Of a stretch of DNA of 64,000 nt, positions 20,691-35,139 are shown one piece after another (within the stretch, counting starts at the first letter, position 1; each line of letters begins with the position of its first letter). The notes beneath the pieces were generated by a model. It searched no databases and had not been told where the DNA came from. It saw nothing but the letters and a program-made list of their open reading frames with translations. This stretch comes from Eledone cirrhosa. Taxonomy: Eukaryota. Position numbers and translations under genes: made by a program. The stretch lies in NCBI GenBank assembly GCA_964016885.1, contig OZ024741.1:403000001-403064000 (forward strand). The letters are read 5' to 3'.

Positions 20691-21472
20691 CTAGCAGTAA
20701 AGCCCGGCGTTGCTCGGGGTCGCTCAGTAGCTGTGTTAAAGTTACAATGTTAAGTTTCTTTTTTGGCTTAAAAACTGTAGTGTCTACTGTGCAGACTTGC
20801 ATGTGGTGTTTTTGATTAATATTCCCTCAACCAACAATATGCCTTATGAAGTTAAGAAAACATAACGATAACCCGAATGCTATAACAAAAGAGGATGCTG
20901 GGGATAAAAACTGCACTGGTTATTTATTAACAAAGATCGAAAATGTAAACACTGCAACGCAGAGAAAAACATTAGCGTAACCAAATTATCAGTTATGTCT
21001 GTCTGCACGCCTATATCACCTCTCTGCACGACTGTCTGTCTGCACGCCTGAAATATTTGCTTGTTTTACGTAGTCTTTAAATAGACTTGTTTTCAAGTAA
21101 AAATATTGTTTTAAAATGCTTTTAAATGGAAATGAAGCAAAAAGGAAGCTTAGTGTTCGAACTGATGAATTTTGCAGGTCACTATTTTGCTGGCTCGAAC
21201 GCTGAGAAAGCCAGCGTAATTTTTTACGTAAGACGCTCAATGTAAACAGAACAAAGGGAAATAACTGATAACTTACACTCAAAAATCGATACATTATATT
21301 CGATTTCGTCACATAGGGCGGGTCAATTTGAAATTTTTTTTTTCCCGATGTCTTCGCTAGGGCTCAATGTACAAGTATAGCAATTTCGGTGCAATTCCGT
21401 GAGAGATTCTAAGAGGAGATGTGTGCCAAAAATCGATAGACAGACAGACAACCACAGTTTTATATATATAGA
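20691..21472 (-). mobile_element. Non-autonomous Helitron
   Basis: Minus strand starts TCTATATATAT and ends with the hairpin cccgagcaacgccggg followed by ..CTAG. It is inserted between A and T of the host minisatellite (aagga|taacacc) with no TSD, and has internal (GACA)n. Confidence 0.85.
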
Positions 21473-21769
21473 TAACACCTTATTTATTAAGGATATCACA
21501 TGACTTATCAAGGACAATACCTGACTTACTACAGCACCTGGTTTAAACATGATGATACCTCACTGACTACAATAGCTACTATATATGTCAAAAATACTGT
21601 ATATAGGTCACATATACTACATATAGGTCAGATGTACTATATATATGTAAGATAAGCTGAATATAGGTCAGATGTACTATATATATGTAAGATATACTTA
21701 TTATAGGTCACATATACTATATATAGGTCAGATATACTACATATAGGTCATATGTACTATATCTATATA

Positions 21770-24700
21770 TAGTTTGACTATATATATGGTGTTATATATA
21801 TACTGTTTAGTACAATGTTTGACTATAAATATGGTGTTATATATATATACTGTTTAGTACAATGTTTGACTATATATATGGTGTTATATATGCTGTTTAG
21901 TACAATGTTTAACTATATATATATATGGTGTTATATATACTGTTTAGTACAATGTTTGACTATATATATATGGTGTTATATATACTGTTTAGTACAATGT
22001 TTGACTATATATATATGGTGTTATATATACTGCTTAGTACAATGTTTGACTATATATATATGGTGTTATATATATACTGTTTAGTACAATGTTTGACTAT
22101 ATATATATATGGTGTTATATATACTGTTTAGTACAATGTTTGACTATATATATATGGTGTTATATATACTGTTTAGTACAATGTTTGACTATATATATGG
22201 TGTTATATATACTGTTTAGTACAATGTTTCACTATATACATACGGTGTTATAAATACTGTTTAGTACAATGTTTGACTATATATATGGTGTTATATATAT
22301 ACTGTTTAGTACAATGTTTGACTATATATATGGTGTTATATATACTGTTTAGTACAACGTTTGACTATATATATATGGTGTTATATATACTGTTTAGTAC
22401 AATGTTTGACTATATATATATGGTGTTATATATACTGTTTAGTACAATGTTTGACTATATATATATGGTGTTATATATATACTGTTTAGTACAATGTTTG
22501 ACTATATATATGGTGTTATATATACTGTTTAGTACAATGTTTGACTATATATATGGTGTTATATATACTGTTTAGTACAATGTTTGACTATATATATATA
22601 TGGTGTTATATATACTGTTTAGTAAAATATTTGACTATATATATATATGGTGTTATATATACTGTTTAGTAAAATGTTTGACTATATATATATGGTGTTA
22701 TATATACTGTTTAGTACAATGTTTGACTATATATATGGTGTTATATATACTGTTTAGTACAATGTTTCACTATATATATGGTGTTATATATACTGTTTAG
22801 TACAATGTTTGACTATATATATATATGGTGTTATATATACTGTTTAGTAAAATGTTTGACTATATATATATGGTGTTATATATACTGTTTAGTACAATGT
22901 TTGACTATATATATGGTGTTATATATACTGTTTAGTACAATGTTTGACTATATATATGGTGTTATATATACTGTTTAGTACAATGTTTTACTATATATAT
23001 ATGGTGTTATATATACTGTTTAGTACAATGTTTGACTATAAATATGGTGTTATATATACTGTTTAGTACAATGTTTGACTATATATATATGGTGTTATAT
23101 ATACTGTTTAGTACAATGTTTGACTATATATATATGGTGTTATATATACTGTTTAGTACAATGTTTGACTATATATATATATGGTGTTATATATACTGTT
23201 TAGTACAATGTTTGACTATATATATATGGTGTTATATATACAGTTTAGTACAATGTTTGACTATATATATATGGTGTTATATATACTGTTTAGTACAATG
23301 TTTGACTATATATATATATGGTGTTATATACACTGTTTAGTACAATGTTTGACTATATACATATGGTGTTATATATACTGTTTAGTAGAATGTTTGACTA
23401 TATATATATGGTGTTATATATACTGTTTAGTACAATGTTTGACTATATATATGGTGTTATATATACTGGTTTAGTACAATGTTTGACTATATATATGGTG
23501 TTATATATACTGTTTAGTACAATGTTTGACTATATATATGGTGTTATATATACTGTTTAGTACAATGTTTGACTATATATATATGGTGTTATATATACTG
23601 TTTAGTACAATGTTTGACTATATATATGGTGTTATATATACTGTTTAGTACAATGTTTGACTATATATATATATGGTGTTATATATACTGTTTAGTACAA
23701 TGTTTGACTATATATATATATGGTGTTATATATACTGTTTAGTACAATGTTTGACTATATATATGGTGTTATATATACTGTTTAGTACAATGTTTGACTA
23801 TATATATATGGTGTTATATATACTGTTTAGTACAATGTTTGACTATATATATGGTGTTATATATACTGCTTAGTACAATGTTTGACTATATATATGGTAT
23901 TATATATACTGTTTAGTACAATGTTTGACTATATATATATATGGTGTTATATATACTGCTTAGTACAATGTTTGACTATATATATGGTGTTATATATACT
24001 GTTTAGTACAATGTTTGACTATATATATATGGTGTTATATATACTGTTTAGTACAATGTTTGACTATATATATGGTGTTATATATACTGTTTAGTACAAT
24101 GTTTGACTATATATATATGGTGTTATATATACTGTTTAGTACAATGTTTGACTATATATATGGTGTTATATATACTGCTTAGTACAATGTTTGACTATAT
24201 ATATGGTATTATATATACTGTTTAGTACAATGTTTGACTATATATATATATGGTGTTATATATACTGCTTAGTACAATGTTTGACTATATATATGGTGTT
24301 ATATATACTGTTTAGTACAATGTTTGACTATATATATATATGGTGTTATATATACTGTTTAGTACAATGTTTGACTATATATATGGTGTTATATATACTG
24401 TTTAGTACAATGTTTGACTATATATATGGTGTTATATATACTGTTTAGTACAATGTTTGACTATATATATATATGGTGTTATATATACTGTTTAGTACAA
24501 TGTTTGACTATATATATATATGGTGTTATATATACTGTTTAGTACAATGTTTGACTATATATATATGGTGTTATATATACTGTTTAGTACAATGTTTGAC
24601 TATATATATATGGTGTTATATATACTGTTTAGTACAATGTTTGACTATATATATATGGTGTTATATATATACTGTTTAGTACAATGTTTGACTATATATA

Positions 24701-27700
24701 TATGGTGTTATATATACTGTTTAGTACAATGTTTGACTATATATATATGGTGTTATATATACTGTTTAGTACAATGTTTGACTATATATATATGGTGTTA
24801 TATATACTGTTTAGTACAATGTTTGACTATATATATATGGTGTTATATATACTGCTTAGTACAATGTTTGACTATATATATGGTGTTATATATACTGTTT
24901 AGTACAATGTTTGACTATATATATATATGGTGTTATATATACTGTTTAGTACAATGTTTGACTATATATATGGTGTTATATATATACTGTTTAGTACAAT
25001 GTTTGACTATATATATATGGTGTTATATATACTGTTTAGTACAATGTTTCACTATATATATATGGTGTTATATATATACTGTTTAGTACAATGTTTGACT
25101 ATATATATATGGTGTTATATATACTGTTTAGTACAATGTTTGACTATATATATATGGTGTTATATATACTGCTTAGTACAATGTTTGACTATATATATAT
25201 ATGGTGTTATATATACTGCTTAGTACAATGTTTGACTATATATATGGTGTTATATATACTGTTTAGTACAATGTTTGACTATATATATATATGGTGTTAT
25301 ATATACTGCTTAGTACAATGTTTGACTATATATATGGTATTATATATGCTGCTTAGTACAATGTTTGACTATATATATATATGGTGTTATATATACTGTT
25401 TAGTACAATGTTTGACTATATATATGGTGTTATATATACTGTTTAGTACAATGTTTGACTATATATATGGTGTTATATATACTGTTTAGTACAATGTTTG
25501 ACTATATATATGGTGTTATATATACTGTTTAGTACAATGTTTGACTATATATATGGTGTTATATATACTGTTTAGTACAATGTTTGACTATATATATGGT
25601 GTTATATATACTGTTTAGTACAATGTTTGACTATATATATATATGGTGTTATATATACTGTTTAGTACAATGTTTGACTATATATATGGTGTTATATATA
25701 CTGTTTAGTACAATGTTTGACTATATATATGGTGTTATATATACTGTTTAGTACAATGTTTGACTATATATATGGTGTTATATATACTGTTTAGTACAAT
25801 GTTTGACTATATATATGGTGTTATATATACTGTTTAGTACAATGTTTGACTATATATATATATGGTGTTATATATACTGTTTAGTACAATGTTTGACTAT
25901 ATATATGGTGTTATATATACTGTTTAGTACAATGTTTGACTATATATATATGGTGTTATATATACTGTTTAGTACAATGTTTGACTATATATATATATGG
26001 TGTTATATATACTGTTTAGTACAATGTTTGACTATATATATATATGGTGTTATATATACTGTTTAGTACAATGTTTGACTATATATATATATGGTGTTAT
26101 ATATACTGTTTAGTACAATGTTTGACTATATATATATATGGTGTTATATATACTGTTTAGTACAATGTTTGACTATATATATATATGGTGTTATATATAC
26201 TGTTTAGTACAATGTTTGACTATATATATATATGGTGTTATATATACTGTTTAGTATAATGTTTGACTATATATATATGGTGTTATATATACTGTTTAGT
26301 ACAATGTTTGACTATATATATGGTGTTATATATACTGTTTAGTACAATGTTTGACTATATATATATATGGTGTTATATATATACTGTTTAATACAATGTT
26401 TGACTATATATATATATGGTGTTATATATACTGCTTAGTACAATGTTTAACTATATATATGGTGTTATATATACTGTTTAGTACAATGTTTGACTATATA
26501 TATGGTGTTATATATACTGCTTAGTACAATGTTTGACTATATATATGGTGTTATATATACTGTTTAGTACAATGTTTGACTATATATATATATGGTGTTA
26601 TATATACTGTTTAGTACAATGTTTGACTATATATATGGTGTTATATATATACTGTTTAGTACAATGTTTGACTATATATATATGGTGTTATATATACTGT
26701 TTAGTACAATGTTTCACTATATATATATGGTGTTATATATATACTGTTTAGTACAATGTTTGACTATATATATATGGTGTTATATATACTGTTTAGTACA
26801 ATGTTTGACTATATATATGGTATTATATATGCTGCTTAGTACAATGTTTGACTATATATATATATGGTGTTATAGATACTGTTTAGTACAATGTTTGACT
26901 ATATATATGGTGTTATATATACTGTTTAGTACAATGTTTGACTATATATATGGTGTTATATATACTGTTTAGTACAATGTTTGACTATATATATGGTGTT
27001 ATATATACTGTTTAGTACAATGTTTGACTATATATATGGTGTTATATATACTGTTTAGTACAATGTTTGACTATATATATATATGGTGCTATATATACTG
27101 TTTAGTACAATGTTTGACTATATATATATATGGTGTTATATATACTGTTTAGTACAATGTTTGACTATATATATGGTGTTATATATACTGTTTAGTACAA
27201 TGTTTGACTATATATATATATGGTGTTATATATACTGTTTAGTACAATGTTTGACTATATATATATATGGTGTTATATATACTGTTTAGTATAATGTTTG
27301 ACTATATATATGGTGTTATATATACTGTTTAGTACAATGTTTGACTATATATATATATGGTGTTATATATACTGTTTAGTACAATGTTTGACTATATATA
27401 TGGTGTTATATATACTGTTTAGTATAATGTTTGACTATATATATGGTGTTATATATACTGTTTAGTACAATGTTTGACTATATATATATATGGTGTTATA
27501 TATACTGTTTAGTACAATGTTTGACTATATATATGGTGTTATATATACTGCTTAGTACAATGTTTGACTATATATATATATGGTGTTATATATACTGCTT
27601 AGTACAATGTTTGACTATATATATGGTGTTATATATACTGTTTAGTACAATGTTTGACTATATATATATATGGTGTTATATATACTGTTTAGTACAATGT

Positions 27701-28325
27701 TTGACTATATATATGGTGTTATATATACTGCTTAGTACAATGTTTGACTATATATATGGTGTTATATATATACTGTTTAGTACAATGTTTGACTATATAT
27801 ATATGGTGTTATATATACTGTTTAGTACAATGTTTGACTATATATATATATGGTGTTATATATACTGTTTAGTACAATGTTTGACTATATATATATATGG
27901 TGTTATATATACTGTTTAGTACAATGTTTGACTATATATATGGTGTTATATATACTGCTTAGTACAATGTTTGACTATATATATGGTGTTATATATACTG
28001 TTTAGTACAATGTTTGACTATATATATATGGTGTTATATATACTGTTTAGTACAATGTTTGACTATATATATATATGGTGTTATATATACTGTTTAGTAC
28101 AATGTTTGACTATATATATATATTGTGTTATATATACTGTTTAGTACAATGTTTGACTATATATATATATGGTGTTAAATATACTGCTTAGTACAATGTT
28201 TGACTATATATATATATGGTGTTATATATACTGCTTAGTACAATGTTTGACTATATATATGGTGTTATATATACTGTTTAGTACAATGTTTGACTATATA
28301 TATGGTGTTATATATACTGTTTAAT
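21770..28325. repeat. Satellite with ~41-47 bp units ctgtttagtacaatgtttgac(ta)n tggtgt(ta)n
   Basis: Roughly 150 tandem units, with length variation confined to two TA tracts. Preceded by degenerate ~20-mers at 21590-21770. Confidence 0.97.
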
Positions 28326-28591
28326 AAAATAGTTCAACGTATATCCTCAAATATCAGCCAATCTGAATATAAGCTGAGCCCCATATTTTATGTCTAAGAA
28401 ATAGGTGAACATCCAGACCCCATTTTATAAACCATTTTATAATCAATACACAGTTCAGATGGTGTATATAAGCCAACTTCCCATTTTACCATAGAATTTT
28501 TGGTCACATTCCTAGGCTTGTATTCAAGTATATATGGTATATATATATATGACATCGTATATATCTAATTTAGTACAATATATATAATGTT

Positions 28592-28795
28592 TTCTACTTT
28601 AGGCACAAGGCCAGCAATTTGAAAGGGAAGGAGGAAAGTCGATTAAATCGCCCCCAGTACGTTACTGGTGATTTATTTTATAGAATATGTAAGGATGAAA
28701 GACAAAGCTAACCTTCGTGGTATTTGAACTCAGAAAGTAAAGGGCCGTAGCTCTCTGCCCTGAAGCATGGTGTTTGATGCTCTACCTACACAGCC
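28592..28795 (-). mobile_element. tRNA-derived SINE (same family as 35805-36420)
   Basis: Reverse complement contains ctgagttcaaatacc..gctttgtctttcatcc..aaaataaatcaccagt. Confidence 0.75.
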
Positions 28796-28840
28796 ATCCA
28801 ATTTAGTACAATGTTTGACTTATATATATATGGCATTATA

Positions 28841-29527
28841 TCATCATCATCATCTTCGTTTAACATCCATTTTCCACGCTAGCATGGGTTAGACGGGAGT
28901 TGTCCCACTTGAGGCAAGGTTGGTCAGGTGACCATGTCTCGCTCATATAGGACTATCTGGCAGGTTTTCTATGGCTGGATGCCCTTCCTAACACCAACCA
29001 CATTTACAGTGTGGAACTGAGAACTTTTTACCGTGTTACCTACACGGCCACATTACAGCGTGGACTGTGTGTGTTTTTTTCTCGTGACACCTACACAATC
29101 TTGATCTCGATCTCATTTATCTCATTTATTTGGACTGGATGTTGTGGCACAACTTTATTGAGAGCGGGTGGTGTTGGTGGGAGTGGGAGGATAGGGTAGG
29201 GGTAGTGGATTGGGGTGTATATTTGGTTAAGAGGTGCCTACTGACTGTAGGTTTCGCTTTGTACTTAGGAAAAGCGGGTCTTCTGTATTACTGCGTAGCG
29301 CCAAAGATCACGGTCCAGTGACATTGTCTTAGAGAGGTACAAGTGTGTAAGGTCGGAATTTATCAGATCGTCCCAGGTTTTTCTGGGTCTACCTACTCCG
29401 TAACTTCCATAAATTTTGATCGCCCTGCACTTTTTTATACAGCTGTTGTCTTTCATGCGCATCACGTGACCATACCAACGTAGTCTTCTCTCGAGTAAGC
29501 AGCATCTGATCCCTCTTATTCCTAATA
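28841..29527 (-). mobile_element. 5'-truncated RTE LINE, close relative of 16216-19860
   Basis: MRMKDNSCIKKCRAIK..GRPRKTWDDLINSDL plus a matching 3' UTR and (GAT)n tail. Confidence 0.9.
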
Positions 29528-29537
29528 TATATCCAAA

Positions 29538-29935
29538 TGGTGGATTGGCAGTATCGGTAGAGGGTCGGACGTCATGCTTTGCAGCATAGAGTTACGGCCC
29601 TTTATGGTCTGAGTTCAAATGCCACCGAGGTTAAATTTGCCTTTCATCCTTATGGGTCGATAAAATAAAGTACCAGTAATACATTGAGATAATTGCTGGC
29701 CTTGTGCAAAAAGCAGAAACAATTATATATATATATCCAGTTTAGACTATGGATACCAGTCCACACTGTAAATGTTAGTGTTAGGAAGGGCATCCAGCTG
29801 TAGAAATTAAGCCAGAATCAGTTCTGTGTGAGCAAGACATGGTCACTTGATCTGGCATTGCCCACAACAGGATAATGTGTCTAACCCATGCTAGCGTGGA
29901 AGAATGGATGTAAAATGGGGATGATGATGATACCA
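29538..29935 (+). mobile_element. SINE (29538-29725) followed by an RTE 3'-UTR fragment (29755-29932)
   Basis: tggattggcagtatcggtagag..gagttcaaatgcc; then ggaagggcatccagctgtagaa..acccatgctagcgtggaag..gatgatgat. Confidence 0.7.
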
Positions 29936-30059
29936 TATCTCTGCTTGTCATTAGAAAGAAATAAAGGAGTGGGGCGGGGGAAGGGAACTTAGTGGAAAAA
30001 CATTGACTCAACAAGTCTCTTGTCTAACCTATAACAGCTTGGGGAAGACAATATAGAAC

Positions 30060-32965
30060 AATGATGGTGGTGGTGGTGGTGGTGATGTGGTGGTGGTGGT
30101 GATGATGGTGACGGTGGTGATGGTGGTGGTGGTGGTGATGGTGGTGGTGGTGGTGATGGTGGTGGTGGTGATGATGGTTGTGGTGGTGGTGGTGGTGGTG
30201 GTGGTGGGGATGATGGTGACGGTGGTGATGGTGGTGGTGGTGGTGATGGTGGTGGTGGTGGTGATGGTGGTCGTGGTGATGATGGTTGTGGTGGTGGTGG
30301 TGGTGGTGATGATGGTTGTGGTGGTGGTGGTGGTGGTGGTGGTGGTGGTGGTGGTGGTGGTGGTGGTGGTGATGGTGGTGGTGGTGGTGATGGTGGTCGT
30401 GGTGATGATGGTTGTGGTGGTGGTGGTGGTGGTGATGATGGTTGTGGTGGTGGTGGTGGTGGTGGGGATGATGGTGACGGTGGTGATGGTGGTGGTGGTG
30501 GTGGTGGTGGTGGTGGTGGTGGTGGTGGTGGTGGTGGTGATGGTGGTGGTGGTGGTGATGATGGTGATGGTGGTGATGGTGGTAGTGGTGATGATGGTTG
30601 TGGTGGTGGTGATGATGGTGACGGTGGTGGTGGTGGTGGTGGTGGTGATGGTGGTGGTGGTGGTGGTGACGGTGGTGATGGTGGTGGTGGTGGTGGTGGT
30701 GGTGATGATGGTGGTGGTGGTGGTGGTGGTGGTGGTGGTGGTGGTGGTGATGGTGGTGGTGGTGGTGATGGTGGTCGTGGTGATGATGGTTGTGGTGGTG
30801 GTGGTGGTGGTGATGATGGTTGTGGTGGTGGTGGTGGTGGTGGGGATGATGGTGACGGTGGTGATGGTGGTGGTGGTGGTGGTGGTGGTGGTGGTGGTGG
30901 TGGTGGTGGTGGTGGTGATGGTGGTGGTGGTGGTGATGATGGTGATGGTGGTGATGGTGGTAGTGGTGATGATGGTTGTGGTGGTGGTGATGATGGTGAC
31001 GGTGGTGGTGGTGGTGGTGGTGGTGATGGTGGTGGTGGTGGTGGTGACGGTGGTGATGGTGGTGGTGGTGGTGGTGGTGGTGATGATGGTGGTGGTGGTG
31101 ATGGTGGTGGTGGTGATGGTGGTGTTGATGGTGGTTGTGGTGGTGGTGGTGGTGGTGGTGGTGGTGGTGATAATGGTTGTGGTGGTGGTGATGATGGTGG
31201 TGGTGGTGATGGTGATGGTGGTGGTGGTGATGATGGTTGTGGTGGTGGTGGTGGTGGTGGTGGTGATGGTGGTGGTGATGGTGGTGATGGTGATGGTGGT
31301 GGTGATGATGGTTGTGGTGGTGGTGGTGGTGAAAGTGGTGGTGGTGGTGATGGTGGTGGTGGTGGTGGTGATGGTGGTGGTGGTGGTGGTGGTGGTGGTG
31401 GTGATGGTGGTGGTGGTGGTGGTGGTGATGGTGGTGGTGGTGATGGTGGTGGTGGTGGTGGTGGTGGTGGTGGTGGTGGTGGTGATTGGTGGTGGTGGTG
31501 GTGGTGGTGGTGGTGGTGGTGGTGGTGGTGGTGGTGGTGGTGGTGATGGTGGTGGTGGTGGTGGTGATGGTGGTGGTGGTGGTGGTGATGATGGTGGCGA
31601 TGGTGGTGGTGGTGGTGATGGTGGTGGTGGTGGTGATGGTGGTGGTGGTGGTGGTGGTGGTTATGGTGGTGGTGGTGGTGATGGTGGTGGTGGTGGTGAT
31701 GATGGTGATGGTGGTGGTGGTGGTGGTGGTGGTGGTGGTGGTGACGGTGGTGGTGGTGGTGGTGATGGTGGTGGTGGTGATGGTGGTGGTGGTGGTGGTG
31801 ATGATGATGGTGGTGATGGTGGTGGTGGTGGTGGTGGTTGTGGTGATGGTGGTGGTGGTGGCGGTGGTGGTAGTGGTGATGGTGGTGGTGGTGGTGGTGA
31901 TGGTGGTGGTGATGGTGGTGGTGGTGGTGGTGGTGGTGGTGGTGATGGTGGTGGTGGTGGTGGTGGTGGTGATGATGGTGGTGATGGTGGTGGTGGTGGT
32001 GGTGGTGGTAGTGGTGATGGTGATGGTGGTGGTGGTGGTGGTGATGATGGTGACGGTGGTGGTGGTGGTGGTGATGATGGTGGTGGTGGTGGTGGTGATG
32101 GTGGTGGTGGTGGTGGTGGTGGTTATGGTGGTGGTGGTGGTGGTGGTGGTGGTGGTGGTGGTGGTGGTGGTGGTGATGATGGTGGTGATGGTGGTGGTGG
32201 TGGTGGTGATGGTGGTGGTGGTAGTGATGGTGGTGGTGGTGGTGGTGGTGGTTATGGTGGTGGTGGTGGTGGTGGTGGTGGTGATGATGGTGATGGTGGT
32301 GATGATGGTGATGGTGGTGGTGGTGGTGGTGGTGGTGATGGTGGTGGTGGTGGTGGTCGTCGTTATGGTGGTGGTGGTGGTCGTCGTTATGGTGGTGGTG
32401 GTCGTCGTCGTTATGGTGGTGGTGGTGGTGGTGGTGATGATGGTGATGGTGGTGGTGGTGGTGGTGATGGTGGTGGTGGTGGTGGTGATGGTGGTGGTGG
32501 TGGTGGTGGTCGTTATGGTGGTGGTGGTGGTGGTGGTGGTGATGGTGGTGGTGGTGGTGGTGGTGGTGGTGGTGGTGATGGTGGTGGTGGTGGTGATGAT
32601 GGTGATGGTGGTGGTGGTGGTGGTGATGGTGGTGGTGGTGGTGGTGATGGTGGTGGTGGTGGTGGTGGTCGTTATGGTGGTGGTGGTGGTGGTGGTGGTG
32701 ATGGTGGTGGTGGTGGTGGTGGTGGTGGTGGTGGTGATGGTGGTGGTGGTGGTGATGATGGTGATGGTGGTGGTGGTGGTGGTGATGGTGGTGGTGGTGG
32801 TGGTGGTCGTTATGGTGGTGGTGGTGGTGGTGGTGGTGATGGTGGTGGTGATGGTGGTGGTGGTGGTGGTGATGGTGGTGATGATGATGTTGATGTTAAT
32901 GATGACAATGACCTTGAAGATAATAATGATGACGATGATGGCTATGATGATGATGATGATGATGA
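30060..32965. repeat. (GGT/GAT)n trinucleotide array, ~2.9 kb
   Basis: Direct reading; it explains the poly-V/G/H/T ORFs. Confidence 0.97.
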
Positions 32966-33336
32966 GGAGGAGTAGGAGGAGGAGGGTGGGGGGAGGAAGG
33001 GGAGGGGGAGGAAGGGGAGGAAGGGGATACCTGAGTGACATCTTGATTTTAATTACATTTTTAGCTAGGGAAAATAATTCATGGAACATAACTGTCTTAA
33101 ACAGTACAGTTTGAGTTACTTCCCTTTGACCAACAAAAAGCTGCTATTTAACTGGAATGAAAATCTGACAAATTTCAATCATATTATATAATATATACAT
33201 AGCTGATGTCTTGGACTTTTACGAAGCGCTGAGGGGCTAAAGTAAGTATAAAGAGTGGTGTATCTATGGAAGGAGATGCTATAAAATAGGGTGAAGACCC
33301 TTAAAGATGGAAAATGAAGTTGCCATTGTATCTAAT

Positions 33337-35139
33337 ATCATCATCACCGTTTTACGTCCATTCTTCCACGCTAGCATGGGTTAGACTGGTTGTCCTGTTG
33401 TCGGCAGTGTCCGGTCGGCTGACCTTGTCTTGCTCATACGGGAACTGATTCTGGCTTGATTTCTACAGCTGGATGCCCTTCCTAACACCAACCTCATTTA
33501 TAGTGTGGGCTGAGGGCTTTTTTGCCATGGCACCTCCACGACCACTTTACAGTAGGAGGGGTGGGGGCATATTGTCTATATGCTTCAGCTTCGGCTTGTA
33601 CCCATAGGAAGTCGGGTCTTCTGTATTACTGCGTGACGCCAGGGTCACGGTCATGTGTCATCGCCCTTGAGAGGTGCAATTGGGTAAGGTCAGCTTTTAT
33701 CACCTCATCCCAGGTCTTCTTGGGTCTCCCCCACTCTGCTCCATCGACTTCTAGTGCTCTGCACCTTTTTATGCAGCTGTCATCCTTCATACGCATCACA
33801 TGTCCATACCAACGCAACCACCTCTCCTGCACACAGCATTTGATTCCTCTTATGCTCAGTCTCTCTCTCAATTCGTTTATGCTTTGCCGTTCACGTATAT
33901 TACTGTTACACATCCATCGGAGCATGCAGGCTTCATTTCTCTTTAATCTACGTAAGTCTTCCACCTTCAGCGCCCAGGTCTCACTACCATGTAACATTGC
34001 TGTTCGTATGCATGCATCATACAGTCTGTCTTTCATTTTGAGGGAAAAGCCTTTTGCAGCAAGCAGTGGCAGTAGCTCCCTGAACTTTTTCCATCCCATT
34101 CTTACCCTGACTACTGTACTTTCTGAACACCCACCTCCACTGCTAATTCGGTCTCCTAGGTAGCAAAAGCTGTCTACTGTTTCTACAGAGCCCTCCCAGA
34201 GTTTGGTAGTGCTTATTTCCTGCGGCCGATTGCTGCCTGCTGTCCGGTGCAGCTGCTGCATGTAAAGCCTATATTCTTAGCTAAGCTTCCTGAGATCCCA
34301 CTACATCTCTTGTGTACTCATTGTTTCCATTTGAGACAGAGGATGGAGTTCCTACCTACACCTTTCCTAGATACTGATCAAGGCCATTTCCCTGAGGGGA
34401 TCTGGCCTCTGTTTTCTCGTCTACTTACGAGGACCTTAGTCTTTGTCAGGTTGATTTTGAGACCCTTTCTTTCTACTTCCATGTTTGGAATTTCTTCTCT
34501 AGTTCCACCATAGATTCAGCTATAAGTGTGAGATCATCCACATATAGGAGTTCCCATGGGCATCCGGTCTTAAACTCCTTTGTTATTGCCTGCAATACTA
34601 TAATGAACAGGAGAGGGCTAAGAACAGAGCCCTGGTGGACACCGACCTGTATGCTAAATTCCTCGCTATAGTCATTACTAACCCTAACTTTGCTGACTGC
34701 TCCCCTATACATGGCTTGTACAGCTTTCACAAGCCATTCATCTACTCCTAGTTTTCTAAGAGCCCACCAGATTATAGCACGAGGCACTCTGTCGGAGGTT
34801 TTTTCTAGATTGACAAATGCCAGGTAGAGCGGCTTACTTTTAACTAGGTACTTTTCCTGTAACTGCCTCACAAGGAAGAGGGCATCAGTGGTGCCTTTTC
34901 CTGGCACAAACCCAAATTGCATCTCACCTAGTTTTACCTGTGCTATAACTCTTTCTGTTACTTTCATGACCTGGTCCATCCGCTTTATACTGCTATAGTT
35001 TCCTCTATCTAGTGTATCTCCTTTACCCTTGTAGCAGTTGACAATGATGCTGCTGCACCAATCCTTCGGTATGACACCCTCTGGTATTACCTGGTTAACA
35101 ATACGTTTGGTTATGGTGTGACCTACTGACCCAGATGTT
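33337..35139 (-). mobile_element. 5'-truncated, degraded RTE LINE (diverged subfamily, also PHD-bearing)
   Basis: QFGFVPGKGTTDALF..GVHQGSVLSP..LYVDD; HGSETW; WYGHV; frameshifts; (GAT)n tail. Confidence 0.9.

Noticed and set aside
21770-28325. CRISPR-like array
   Set aside because: No unique spacers (only TA-length variation), no cas genes, eukaryotic context.
30024-33114. Long poly-His/Thr/Val/Gly ORFs
   Set aside because: Translation artefacts of a (GGT/GAT)n array, open on both strands.
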